Below are positions 12,705 through 27,300 of a stretch of 64,000 bases of DNA, one piece after another. The notes below the pieces were generated by a model. It had not been told where the DNA came from. It saw only the letters and a list, made by a program, of their open reading frames with translations, and ran no database searches. Numbering within the stretch: the first letter of the stretch is position 1; each line of letters opens with the position of its first letter. The stretch is from Octopus sinensis (taxonomy: Eukaryota), in the NCBI RefSeq assembly GCF_006345805.1, contig NC_043000.1, positions 32,922,001 through 32,986,000 on the forward strand. The letters are read 5' to 3'. The translations under genes and the position numbers were made by a program.

Positions 12705-15289
12705 AATACATATATACAATGGGCTTCTTTCAGTTTCCGTCTACCAAATCCACTCACAAGGCTTTGGTTGACCCGAGGCTATAGTAGAAGACACTTGCCC
12801 AAGGTGCCACGCAGTGGGACTGAACCTGGAACCATGTGGTTGGTAAGCAAGCTACTTACCACATAGCCACTCCTGCGCCAAATATATATATATATATGTT
12901 TATTTATTTATTATACAACAACAGGTTATATGCAATATATAAAACAATTTAGATGTGTTTCTTTCAAATAATTGAGCATTTTCCATTTTGTCAAATCAAG
13001 ATCAGAGAATTATAGTGACAGGGTGGAGAAACACAAAACGTTTATGCTGCACTGAGAATGGTATTATGTCATTCTGTAACTATTTTGAGAATGAACATGG
13101 GTGTGTCAATATCTGTGCGTTTGGGTGCACACACACACACACCACACACACACACAGGTAACTATTGCTTCATACAACTACCTGTAAAACTGTGCTGTAG
13201 ATTTAATAGTCCAAGTAGTTATACATACTTATAATAGTCATTGTGTTGATTTAAATATTTTTTCATAAGTAATTCCAAGCATACATTGTGTGTGTGTATA
13301 TGGGCATATACACATACACACATACAAAACGCCTATTTTCTAAATATGATATCAAAATTACATACCAGTTCTTGTAGTTTTAGCAAGCCCGATAAAATGT
13401 GTGGTTCCATCTGACGTAACTTTTCAGCTTTGTCAAGAACCTGTAAGAAATAAAACGCTAATTAAAAATGTATTAATAATAAAGTGTTTTGAGATCAACA
13501 ACAGAACATTTCTTAAGAAACAAAAGACACAGACATAGATGTGAAGATGGCACTTTGATTATTTACTTACCAAAACCATTTTTACTAACAACTATGAAGT
13601 AGGAAAGCCTAACTATAAGGAACATCATCATCATCATCATTGTTCAACCGTGGTCGAGACAATAGAATTTACTATGTACGCCAGACTTCACGGTCCATCA
13701 TAGCATTACGGAGGTCCTGTTGCTGGATGCCTGAATCCCTGGAGATTACATCAGGGTAGGAGTGTGTATGCCCTCTGGTATCACGAGCAGATGGCTTCCA
13801 GAGGAGAAGAGTAGAAATTACCTCGTTTTCAGCTCTACAACAATGTCCAGCAAACTGGACTCTTCTACCTTTCACAAGAGATGATACAGGTGGTAATTTC
13901 CCATATATTTGTACTTTGGTTGGATGATGCTTCCACGAGAGATTTTGAGCTCTCATAAGGAGGCGAGTGTAGGTTCCATCCAACCGCCTCTCAAGCTTCT
14001 TTGATAACATCCAGGTTTCTGAGCCTATAAGGAGCAAGTCTTCAGTTATAAGACATCTGGTACTGAACTCTTGCGTAATTGCCTCAAAAACTGTAGGGAA
14101 CAGAAAGGGTCTGAGAACAGACACTTGGGGAATATTTAAATGTATTCCCTGAATTAGTTTCCAATCCTCACTTTGCTAACAACACCCTCGTGTGTACCTT
14201 GGTACCCTCGTACACCAATATTACGAGGTGACTACAATACTAGGTTTCTGTAACTAATTATTATTAATTTCTGGGATTTCTTAACCCTCTACTGGGCTTT
14301 TCTGGGAAAAGTATGTCTCAAGAAAATATTTTACAAAATAGTCCGTCGACACGAATCATGTTTTTCCAAGTTGGCCAGATCGTTCTGACACACATGCGAG
14401 TTGCCTCATAAACCTTCTATGGTTGGACGTCAACAGTGATAGGCATGGATGGAACTTTTGGTCAGTTTCCACTTAACACTTAGAGTGCATGAATATTCAG
14501 CTTAGTGACCAGAGCTGTTGTTGATTTTATATTTGTTTTTATTACTTTTTGATCACCGTCTAATTAACAAAGAATAGTGAAGATGAATCGCCAGAGAGCG
14601 GAATATATTTTGCTAAAGTGGAAAACTTTAATGATGGCATCAACAGAGAGCAATACCATTTCCTCCGATGATGACAGATGCTGACAATTTGGATTGCAGT
14701 AGGTGAGGGTCTTCTGTTTCCAGCAAGAAGAAACAAAAAAAAAAAAAAATGGAAAATGAAATAATTTGTCTGGAAGGGGGTTAGAGTAATGAAGATAAGA
14801 TTTATTATTATATAAATAGAACTTGTGAAAACTATTCTTACAATATAAATGGTTTCCTCAGAATATCCAAGTTCTTGGACAGCTGCAGGCAATAAACGGC
14901 AAAAGTCGTTCAAGTTATCACATTTGGAATAGTCGTCAAATGACGGATGGTCTTCTTCCTCTTTGACATTTATTTTCAACAGAATCTGCTCATAAAGAAC
15001 TTTGGCACTGTAGCATTCTATACAATTGATCCACACAACTTTGCACTGCAAAACAAAGGGGAAAAACAAAAGAAAAAGATTATCTTTCATCTTTTACTTG
15101 TTTCAGTCATTTGACAGTGGCCATGCTGGGGCACTACCTTGAAGAATTTTTTATCGAATGTATCGATCCCAATACTTACGTTTTATAAGCCTGATACTTA
15201 TTCTATTGATCTCTTTTCCTGAACTGCTAAGTTACGGTGATGTAAACACACTAGCACTGGTTACCAAGCAGTGGCAGGGGTACAAATGC

Positions 15290-15337
<48 letters not shown>

Positions 15338-18300
15338 TCATCATCGTTTAGCGTCCGCTTTCCATGCTAGCATGGGTTGGACGGTTCAACTGGGGTCTGG
15401 CAATGTTTCTACGGCTAGATGCCCTTCCTAACGCCAAACACTCCATGAGTGTAGTGGGTGCTTTTTACGTGCCACTGGTACAGGTGCCAGATGAGGCTGG
15501 CAAATGGCCACGATTGGATGGTGTTTTTTTACGTGCCACTGGCATGGAGACCAGGCGAGGCTGGCAACAGCCATGATCGGATGGTGCTTTTTACGTGCCA
15601 CTGGCACAGAGGCCAGTCGGGGCGGAGCTGGCAACGTCCACATTCGGATGGTTCTCTTATGTGCCACCGGCACTGGTATATCGCAGCTACAATTTCCATC
15701 AATGTTGATCGATTTTGATTTTGATTTTCACTTGCCTCAACAGGTCTTCACAAGTAGAGTTTGGAAAGCAGATGTTAAACGATGACAATGATGATAATGA
15801 AAAGTTGGGAAGTAGCAAGATTAGGATTGGAAGTGAAAAGAATTAATAACTGAGCCTCAAAAGTGAAAGTGGTACCTATTGGGATCGGTGCACTTGGGAC
15901 CATTTCAGAAAGAGCAATATTCTGGCATGAATAGCTGCAAATACCAAACTTCACAGAAAGTACACACCTGGCAGCAATACTTGGAACAGCTCATGTGTTG
16001 AGAAAAGTGTCACATCTCTAAACTGCAGAAGGGAGCTGAGATGTGACATAGATAAATCAAAAGTTAGGTGAATAATAATAATAATAATTACAGAGATGTA
16101 CTTGCATAGCGAGTGACTTGATCTGAGATCGTGTGCTGAAACGAAAACAATTGCAGTGTGGAAGGTGTTTATAAGCCATTTAAGAAACACACAAAAACCG
16201 TTAGATTCACTTCAACATTTAAATTTAATTTGTCAAAATATTTTCGTCGCTTTGAGACCGCGACCTGTTTACTGACAAAACTTCGTGCTGCATCTGAGAA
16301 AGTTTTGTCAGTGAACAGGTCGTGGTCTGAAAGCAATGAAAATATTTTGACAAATTAAATTTAAATGTTGAAGTGAATCTAACGGTTTTTGTGTGTTTCT
16401 TAATAATAATAAAAATGATAATCAAATATAGCATGCAAGAGAGAAGACTACATTGGTTTGGAGATGTGATGCATATGAAAGAAGGTAGCTGCATAAAGAA
16501 GTGCTGGTCACTGAAAGTAGATAGTACCTGCGGAAGAGGAACACCCAATAAGACATGGGGTGAAGTGGTAAGGACTGATCTCAGGATGTTGGGCCTCACG
16601 GGGAAATGACAATGGACTGAGATGTCTGGTGATATGAAGTTCTTGAGAAGACCTGCCCACATCAGTGGAAGTGCTGTGTGTCCCACCCACACTTAACAAG
16701 AAAATTTCTCACACTCTACCACAACAAACCAAACTACATCTCTTTTCTTCCTCACATTTCTGCTTCATGTACTATGATTACCTCCCACTCCCCAATCCTG
16801 TCCTCTTGGCCCTGTCTCACTGTATCATTGCATATGGCCAACACTTTGCCACCACCTCTATCCTGCTTTCTCCCACTCTCTCTCTCTCTCCTCCTGCTCG
16901 TCCCTCTACCTGGGCAACCATGTATTTCCTTTATCAGCAGAACACCTGTTTCTATCTTCACTCCTGATCACTCTCTCTTTCCGGCCAGGTAACCTTGTAT
17001 CTCTTCTACAGCAAGATACCTGTTTCTGTCTTTCTGTCTCACTCTAACCTTTCATCATTTGACACAAGATCACCTCCTCCAATGCCCCTTCCCTTCTCCA
17101 AATGTTTTTTTTTATGTATCTTGCAAGTACTTGGTGACCCTGCCAGTGCAGGTGCCACTTAAAAGCACCCAGTCTTCACTGTAAAGTGGTTGGCGTTTGG
17201 AAGGGCATCCAGCTGTTAAAACTTTGTCAAAACTAACCTCATCTGTGCTTGTGCCACTTAAAAAGCACTCAGCCCACTCTGCTGGGTGGTTGGTGTTAGG
17301 AAGGGCATCCAGCTTTAAAAATGCTGCCAAAACAGTCACAGGAGTCTGGTGCAGGCTTCTGCTTGGCCAGCTCCTATCAAACCACCCAACCCATGGCAGC
17401 ATGGAAGACAGATGTTAAATGAAGATGATGATGATGATGAATGGGTTGAAATTTTGGCACAAGGCCAGCAGTTTCAAGGGAGCAGGTAAATCCAATTAGT
17501 TTGACTTCCCCTGCTCTCAACTGGTCCTTATTTTAATGACTCTGAAAGGATGAAAGATAAACAATAACAGCATTAGTCCAAGTATAGCCAGCAGAAACAG
17601 GTTGTAATGGTAAAATGGTAAAATGAAGACGCTAACCTGTAGTTCGTCCAGGATGCTCCTGACCGTTAAAGTCTTACCAGTTCCCGTGTGTCCATAGATG
17701 AATAAAGCTGGTGGCGAGATTTGAGATTTCTGGTAAAAAGATGGGAAGAGGAAAAAAATAAAAACATTTAAATGAATTTTGTGAAAAACTTAACAGATTG
17801 GTTTTTGTATGAGGTGGAGAAATATTAGAAGAAAGACATGACAGGGCATTGTCCACCTTGACCCTTTAGTTTTCAGAATTACTCAGCCAAATGTAAGGCT
17901 TGTTTGCTTCATATTACTCTTTACTCATTTACTTGTTTCAGTCATTTGACTACGTCCATGCTGGAGCACCACCTCTAGTCGAGCAAATCGACCCCAGGAC
18001 TTATTCATTGTAAGCCTAGTACTTATTCTATCGGGCTCCTTTTACCGAACTGCTAAGTTACGGGGACGTAAACACATCAGCATCGGTTGTCAAGCGATGT
18101 TGGTGGGGACAAACACAGACACACAAACATATACACACACATACATATACATATATATATGTATATATATACATACATATATACGACGGGCCTCTTTCAG
18201 TTTCTGTCTACCAAATCCACTCACAAGGCTTTGGTCGGCCTAAGACTATAGTAGAAGACACTTGCCCAAGGTGCCACACAGTGCGACTGAACTCGGAACT

Positions 18301-21300
18301 ATGTGGTTGGTAAGCAAGCAGCTACCACACAGCCACTTTGAAATTTTCATGCTAAAAGATTTTGATGATGTGATTGCCTATTTTTAGAATGGCATTGTAG
18401 GATAAGCGTGAGGGGCTGGATCGGATCAGTTTGAACATGAAACAAGGAGAATATTGGGGCTGGATGTGACTGGTTTAAAGGCTGAAAGGTTAAAAACTTG
18501 TTAATTCACTCGAGTCTCCTCACCACTACTATCACCACAGTTTATTGCAATAAACAACATCCAGTGGACTCTAATGAAACCAGTGACAGTTACGTTTAGT
18601 AGAGTCCACTTGATGGGTCGCCAGGTGTAAGGTATGAACGGATACTCTCCTCCTTTCAACCTATTAGCTATGGTGGAGGGGTCCCATACTGGCCATGGCA
18701 GCAGCCCTTCAGTTTTCCACCAAAACAGTTTAAATATGGAATAAATCTATTGTTGTGAGGAAGATGAAGTATAATATTTCAGCCAGTCCTTCTTACTACT
18801 CTCTGATGAATGGCCTCACCTGAAATGTGAGGCTGAGTGGTTCGGGTGTGGCACCGACACCCCTATCTAATTGTTAGATCAGTGTTTCGATTCATGGTCA
18901 GGATGGTGCCTTGTGTTCTTGAACAAAACACTTCCATTTCACATTGCTCCAGTCCACTCAGCTGTAAATGAGCTCCCCTGCAATGGACTGGCATCCCATC
19001 CAGGGGGAATGTCAGGATTTTGGCAACTTATAAGCCATAGAAACTGGGTAACTGGCCTGAAGAATCATAGAATTTGAGACAGTAAGGATAATGAAGATGA
19101 TGATGATGCTGACGATGAAATATTAGATTCTTTTCCCTTTCTTGTTCCAAACCAATCTATTCCGCTTTGGAAATGGTATGTATGTACGAAACATTCAGTC
19201 CAATTCTTCATTTGCAAAAGTGTATTGTTTCTGAAGTCTTTCCCCAATAATAAAGCAATAATAAACCAACCAACAGTTAACCTCATAAATTAGTTTAAAG
19301 CCTAAAATAATCATCATAAATATAGTTTTAATCATCAGTAAAAACTTTGCTTTCATAATCAATGAAAAATTTTAATGGCTAATGTAAAAAAAATTCAAGG
19401 GTCATTGTAAACATAATTTTAATGGCTATTGTAAAGTTTCCATGGCCATTGTAAACATAGTTTTAATGGCCATTGTATACAATTTTAATGGCCATTGTAA
19501 ACATAATTTTAATGGCTATTGTAAACACTTTTAATGGCTATTGTAAACATAGTTTAAGAGGTCACTTTAAATCTAATTTTAATGCCAATCAGTTCATGTG
19601 CTGAGAAAGAAATAAAAGCTGTACAACAAGAAAGCACAATGAAATAGCAGGAAGGTGACTACCATGGCAGGATGACGTCAGTCGGTGGGTTCGGCTGAGA
19701 GGATGGACTCCTTTACAGTAGTTGGGTTTATCCTACAAGGTCTTGCACTCAAATCTTACTGAGGTCAATTGTGCCATTTATTATTTATTCCTCTCGAGGT
19801 TATAAATATACAAACAAGAAAATTCTTTCAATTGTCTTAAGCAAATGAGATGGAATCTGTTTTAGCCGTTTCATTATCAGATTTCTGTAGAATTACACTG
19901 CTTTCGTTTAAATTAATTTTGAAAATTATGAAGAGTTTACCAAAATAACTGTCCTTATTAAGCTGGTATTTGGGATATAAATTAAAATGCAATTTTGAGG
20001 GAATATTTTAAATTTAGAGCAATTGTATACTATCAACATAATGTGACAGTCCCGTAAAGGGAATCACACCACCACTATTTAGCCCTAGGAAGCATCGACG
20101 CTTCCCGTCGGCTTTGACACATTTCTTGTGTCCTTATATTTACGAAGGGGAGACAAGCACCCCCAACAACAGGCCTAGCTGTTGGGGGTGCTTGTCTCCC
20201 CTTTGTAAACATAAGGACACAGGAAATGTGTCAAGGCCGACAGGAAGAGTCGATAAATAGCGGTGGTGTGATTCCCTTTACGGGAATGTCACGTTAAGTT
20301 GACAGTATACAACCGCTCTATCGCTCCACCACCGCTCATATCTCTCTGAGATATTTAGAAATTTGATATTTCTGATTTTAAATTTAGATCACTTTATAGG
20401 ATGAAATTTGTATCATAGAAACAAGAACAGTCTCAGATGGATTCGTGTCAAAAGGGTTAATTCCTTTTATCTTGCTTTCCGTGCTGTCGTCAAACACTGG
20501 AGAATCAATCTCTCTGTCTGTCTATATCTATATCTGTATATATGTATAGATGTGTGTGAGAGAAAATCGTGATGTCATAGGTGAGAAATGTGTCCACATG
20601 GATGACTGTGTACTTGCATTTAATGATTCTGCTAAGAAAGAGGCTTGGAGACGCCATTATGAAAGACTGCTGAATGTGGTGAATGAATGGGAGGAGGAGA
20701 TCCAAAGGTTGACCCAATTGAGGGACCAGCTACTTGAAGTGACAGTTCCTCGATAGATAAAGTAATTAAGGATATGAAGATAGGGAAAAACCCCAGCCCA
20801 TCAGGAATCACTGTCGAGCTGCTTAAAATATCTAGCAGTATGTGTTATGGTCTATTCACCTGTATTGTAAATCAGGTGGCCCATGAAGGAGTCATACTCA
20901 ATGACTGGTGTAGTAGCACCATAGTCAACTGCTACAAAGGTAAAGGTGATGCCTTAGATAGAAATAATTACAGAGGTATCAAATTATTGGATCAAGTGAT
21001 GAAAGTTACAGATAGGGTCACAGTACAACTAATTAGGGAGAAAGTTGGTCTAGATGAGATACAGTTTGGGTTTGTGTTAAGGGGAAGCACTGTTGATGCT
21101 ATATTTCTGGTAAGGCAGCTGAAGGAGAAATACCCAGCCAAAGATAAACCGCTGAACTTGGCTTTGGCTGAGTTAGAGAAAGCCTTTGACAGGGTCCCCT
21201 GATCCCTTATCTGGTGGTCAATGTGGAAACTAGGGATAGAAGAGTGGTTGGTGAGAGCTGTACAAGCCATGTACAGGGGGCTACCAGTAAGGTGAGGGTT

Positions 21301-24300
21301 GGCAACAGGTACAGTGAAGAATTCAGAGTACAAGCAGAGGTTCACCAAGGATCAGTCCTCAGCTCCTTCTTGTTCATTATAGTCCTCCAGACAATAACAG
21401 AGGAATTTAAGACAGGCTGCCCCTAGGAGCTCCTCTATGCTGATGACCTTGCTCTAATAGCTGAATCACTACCAGAACTAGAGAAGAAATTCCAGGTATG
21501 GAAGCAAGGTCTAGAATTGAAGGGCCTTAGAGTTAACATAGCAAAAATCAAAGTCTTAATCAGTAAGAAAGCAGATAAATCACAAATCCCTTCAGGTAGA
21601 TGCACTTGCTCAATCTGTAGGAAAGGTGTAGTTGGAAACTCCATAAGATGCACCTGATGTAAGCTTTGGACACATAAAAGATGCAGCAATATCAGAGGAA
21701 GGTTTACAGGGAAACTAGCTTTTGTATGAGGAAGATGCACAGGAACAATAAATGGTGAAAATGTGCAGAAAATAGACTCCATCAACTGCCAGGGAGACAA
21801 GAGGTAGTAGATAGCTTCCAATATCTAGGAGACCAAATTAGTAGTGGAGGTGGATGCTCTGAGAGATTAGCTGTGAGAATAAGAATAGGCTGGACAAAGT
21901 TCAGAGAGCTCTTACCTCTGCTGGCAACAAAGGGCTTCTCTCTCAAAGTGAAGGTAGATTGTATAATGCCTATGTGCAAACAGCTGAGGACATGCATAGG
22001 CTAGAAAGAAATGAATCCAGTATGCTTGGCTGGAAGTGCAATGTCAGTGTGCATGCATGACAGAGTGTAAGCATCTTGAGAGAAAAGTTAGGCATAAGAG
22101 GCATCAGATGTGGTGAGCAAGAGAGACCACTGCACTGGTATGGTCATGTGGCAAGAATGGACAAGGACAGTTGTCTAAAGAAGTGTCGATCTTTAACTGT
22201 GGAGAGAACCTGTGGCAAAGGTAGACTCAGGAAGACAAGGGATGAAGTGATGAAGCATAAACTTTGAACTCTGAGCCTCACAGAGGCAATGATTAGTGAC
22301 TGAAACCTTTGGTGATATGATGTGCTTGAGAGGACCTGTCAAATCAAGTGAAATTGTAGTCATGGCTGATGCTCGTGACACGTAAGTGGCACCCATGCCA
22401 GTGGTATGTGAAGAGCACCTTTTGAGCATTGGGCCTCATGGAGGCAAAGTGGTTGAGGTCCTTTTGAATGTCGGGGCTCACAGAGGCAAAGTGGCTGAGT
22501 TCCTTTCAAGTGTTGTGCTTCACGAAGGCAATGACCAAGACCTTTGGCATTATGTTGTGTTTGAGAAGACCCATGAAGCTGATTAAAGTTACAGTTATGG
22601 TGGCAGATACTGGTGTCACACAAATGGCACTTATGCCGGTGGCATGTAAAAGCACCTATTACACTCTCAGAATGGTTGGTGTTAGGAAGAACATCCAGCC
22701 GTAGAAAACCAAGCAAAATCAGACTGGAGTCTGGCATTGCTCCTCAGCTTGCCAGTCCTGGTCAAACCATCCAACCCATGCCAGCATGGACAACAGATGT
22801 TAAATGATGATGATGATGATGATAATGATATATATATTATATTCGTTGATGTGTTGGACTCTGACAATGAATGCATTCTAATGGTTGTTTATTATTATTT
22901 CAATCAATCAATTGATGAAATTAAACCATGAACGCACCAAATACATCTGAAACAGCTCTAAGTCTATAAATGTATAAAGCCCATTATTTATGATTACATA
23001 GTGCAATATATAGATTCAGAGAATCCTGCGGTAACCACTGAAAGCTCCTCTACGAGATCCAGTCTATGAAATTATTTCATGTAGAGTATATAGCTAATAA
23101 AATGTCAGAAGGTATGAGAGATGAATATATTTATTCAACCACTTGACATCCATAGGGTTACAGCTGTTTCGCAGTGTTCATCATGTAATAATAACTTGAG
23201 TGTATAATAAATTATTTTACATGCCTGCACCAATGTGCATTCCACACGTACAATTACAAATCAATGCAGATACAAAAGGCTAGCAAATCAGATCAGAAGA
23301 ACATCAAGGCTACTTCAATGCTTTAACTCGGTTGAATCACAGGTGTAATCATGATGTTCTGGCGATCTGAAGAGCTAACCTCTTGTATCTGCATTGATTT
23401 CTAATTTTATTGTGTAATGCATAACATATAAATTGGTGCAGGCATGTAAAATAATCTATTATGCACTGAAATTATTATTACATGATGAATGCTGAAAAAT
23501 GGCTTTAATCCAATAGATATCAAGTGATTAAACAAATATATTCACCTCTCATGCCTCCTGACCCTTTATGGTCTATATATAAGTGTGAGTGTATGTGTGT
23601 GTGTGTGTATTTATTATAAGAAGGCTTGAAAGAAATGAAGCTAGTATGCTTCACTGGATGTGCAATGTCAGTGTGCATGTATGACAGAGTTTAAGTGTCT
23701 TGAGAGAGAAGCTGGGTATAAGAGGCATCAGATGTAGTGTGCAAGAGAGATGAATGTACTGGTATGGTCATGTGATACGTATGGATGAGGACAGGAGGTA
23801 GTGAAGCATGATCTTTGAATGCTGGGTCTCACAGAAGCGATGGCAAGTGATTGAAACCTTTGGCGATTTGCTGTGCTTAAAAAGACTCATCAAACCAAGT
23901 GAAACTGTAGTGATGGCCAGTGCTGGTTTCATGCAGAAGACACCCATACCACTGACATATAAAAGGCACCCACTACCCTCTGTAAAGTGGTTGATGTTAG
24001 GAAGAGCATCCAACTGTAAAAACCAAGCCAAAGTCAGACTGGAATCTGGTGCAGCTCTCCAGTTTATCAGTTCCAGTCAAACCGTCTGACCCATGCCAGC
24101 ATGGAAAGTGGACACTAAATGACAGATAGATAGATGCATGAATACATATATACATAAGTGCAAGTGTGACCATAACCTTGTGGCCTATGCCAGGGGTGTA
24201 ACCAGCCCACTTATGCATGCCTTTTCTTCATTGGACACAAAACTCTGCTTGCGAAGACCAGTTGAGGCAAGTGAAATCGAAGTCAAAATCAAACTCAGTG

Positions 24301-27300
24301 ACTGGCATCCGTTGCTAGTGGAGCGCTAAGAATACCATACCAGTGAGATCGTTGCCAGAGCAACAAGGTGGCCTTCGTGCCGGTGGCACGTTAAGCACAC
24401 CATTCAAGTGTGATTGTTACTGCCTCACCTTACTAGCACTTGTGCTGGTGGCATGTGAAATATTCGAGCGAGGTCGTTGCCAGTGCTGCTGGACTGGCTC
24501 CTGTGCAGGTAGCACGTAAAAAGCACCATTTGGGCATGGTCGTTGCCAGTACCACCAAACTAGCCCTCGTGTTGGTGGCACGTAAAAGCACCCACTACAC
24601 TCTCAGAGTGGTTGGCGTTAGGAAGAGCATCCAGCTGTAGAAACTCTGCCAGATCAGATTGGAGTCTGGTTCGCCAGATCTCAGTCAAATCATCCAACCC
24701 ATGCTAGCATGGAAAGCGGACGTTAAATGATGATGATGATGATGATAATGATATCTATAAATAAAAAGGTAGGCAGATTTTACATGAAATGACATTTGTG
24801 GTTACTAAAGGCCAATTTTAATCAGTTGGCAATGTCAACCAGTGTAGATCAACTTTTTATCCATCATCATCATCATGTTGGCTTTGCTCTATATCTCAAG
24901 CGATTCACCAAAGGTCACACTAATATATATATATATATATATATGTGTGTGTAAGTCAATAAATGAATAACAATTCTTATACAATTGTCAAATATGCAAA
25001 ACTGGTCAACGCAAGTCAAGTAATTCAAAAAAATATTCTTAGTTCTCACTATGAATATTCCGGTTTAATGGCCAGCAGCTCTTTTGTCATTCATTCCAAT
25101 ATGTATGAGTAATGTTGACATTGTGAGAAATCTCTCAACAGCTCCACTCCCCACAGAAACGGTTTGTATACGTGTGTGGAAGTAGACAATCAAGAAGAGC
25201 ATTCATTAAGAAATGTTTAATTCATCCAGAAGTGCATAGATTTGCTTCATTATTCATAATTAAAAGTATCCATCTATGGGCGAGGGTTGCCTATTTCTGA
25301 GGTGGAAGAAATACATTATAACATCATAAAGTTGTATAAAATTGGCTGAAGAATAGTACCGAAAAAATTGGTCAGTTTAAATATAACTGGTTATTTATGG
25401 GTAAATATTAGTGAGAAAGCTGGTCAGTTGTGACTGACCAGTAATAAGTGAGTGAGTTGGCCAAACACATATTTCTCTCCCAGAACATTAAATCACCACT
25501 TGACTCCTTTCTTTTCTTTTTTTTTTTTTATCTCAAAATAATTATTAATTTAAGCAAAAAAATAGCTAAACATTAGCAACAATTATAATAAAAATACAAT
25601 AATCATAATTTTTATTGGGAATGGTGGGGCAAACTGGCAAAATTGTTAGCACTGTTGGAAAAAATATGCTTTGCAGCATTTGTTTCAGTTCTTGACATTT
25701 AGAGTTCAAATTATGCTAGCGTTAGCTTTGCCTTTCATCCCTCTGGGGTTGATGCAATGGACTAAACATCCTCCCCTAAAAATTTGCTGACCTTGTCCCT
25801 AAATTCAAAAATAATAATTCTTCTTCTTCTTTCAGTCTGGCAGCACTGGCAATAACCATACTCAAATGTTGTTTTTCACGTGCCACTGGCAATGATCACA
25901 CACAAATGGTACTTTTTACGTGCCACCGGCACAGGAGCCAGTCTGGCAACACTGGCAATGATCACGCTTGGATGGTGCTTTTAACATTCTACTGGCACGA
26001 GTGCCAATCAGGTGGTACTGTCATCAGCCATGTTAGTGGTTTTGATTTCACTTGCCTCAACAGGTCTTTGCAAGCATAGTTTATTGTTTATTGAACGAAG
26101 GATACTCCTAAGTGGGCTGGTTATACACCACTGGCATAGGCCACAGGTTATGGTCTCACTTGGCGGCTTGCCGAGTCTAGATCATCATCATCATTTAATG
26201 TCCGTTTTCCATGCTAGCATGGGTTGGACGGTTCGACCAGGGTCTGGGAAGCCAGGAGGCTGCACCAGGCTCCAGTCTGATCTAGCAGTGTTTCTACAGC
26301 TGGATGCCCTTCCTAATGCCAACCACTCCGTGAGTGTAGTGGGTGCTTTTTACGTGCCAGGTGAGGCTGGCAACAGCCACGATCGGTTTGTGCTTTTTAT
26401 GTACCACCGGCATGGAAGCCAGTCAAAGCGGCACTGGCATCGCCCACGTTCGGATGGTGCTTTTTACGTGCCACCGGCACAGGTGAGATAATTAAAAAAT
26501 GCAATGATGTGAATGATGTAAATGCAGAATGTCGAAAGCAGAAATTCTACTGGGCTGGACATGTTGCAAGGCTCACAAACAACAGGTGGACTCATGCAGT
26601 TGTTGAGAGGTATCCAAGGGGTCAGAAAAAGGTCTACTCAAAAGGCCTCCATGACAATGGGAAGACGATTTAAATGATTTGGGTTAAGATGGAAGAGAGT
26701 AGAGCAACCAAGGCCAAACTGAAAGCGCATTGTGACCAGTGGTGTACAACTGCATCTGATGGTCTGGTTGATACCATGATAATTCTGTTTTAAATAAAAT
26801 GTAAAGAAACTTCTTTATGGTTGAGAACAAACCTGACCAACGAGACAGTGGTTCATTTCTGGCTGAGAATTCAGAACAGTTGTAAAGCAAATCAGGAATA
26901 AAAGGCAGAGATTTATGGGGTCAAAGCAGGGTTACAAGTGGACTTTGATGGCTGTTGTAGTGTCCAGGGTTAAAACACTTAACTGCTGTGAGAGAAATGA
27001 AACTAGTATCAAAGAGGTGCTCTGGAGAGGTACAGTACAATGTCGTAAATAAGAGAAACTCCAATATATTAACAGCTGTTCTCTTAGCAGCATTTAGTCA
27101 AATTTTTGTGTAGGCCTTAGATGGGGGCAGGGATCAATTATCGAACTACATGTACCTTATATGGTACAAGGACTGGCTTGTACTGACGAATCAAACTTTG
27201 CTTGTGGTCACCCATTGTAGCCGATGGTTTGCCATGTTGAGGGGAGACCTATGACCAAACTATTTAGTCTACCCTGGATTGTCTCCTTAGGAAGAGTCAG

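Noticed and set aside
14560-15090. 176-aa single-exon protein
   Set aside because: Only 14842-15045 is coding (ORC5 exon 3); the rest is intron read-through with polypyrimidine tracts.
25040-25260. hAT transposase dimerisation-domain remnant (SVGSGAVERFLTM)
   Set aside because: The resemblance is limited to a few residues and no termini were found.
25335-25380. Hammerhead-like CTGAAGA...GAAA...GTC (also candidates at about 18800 and 43190)
   Set aside because: Stem II and/or stem I cannot pair, or GAAA/UH is missing.
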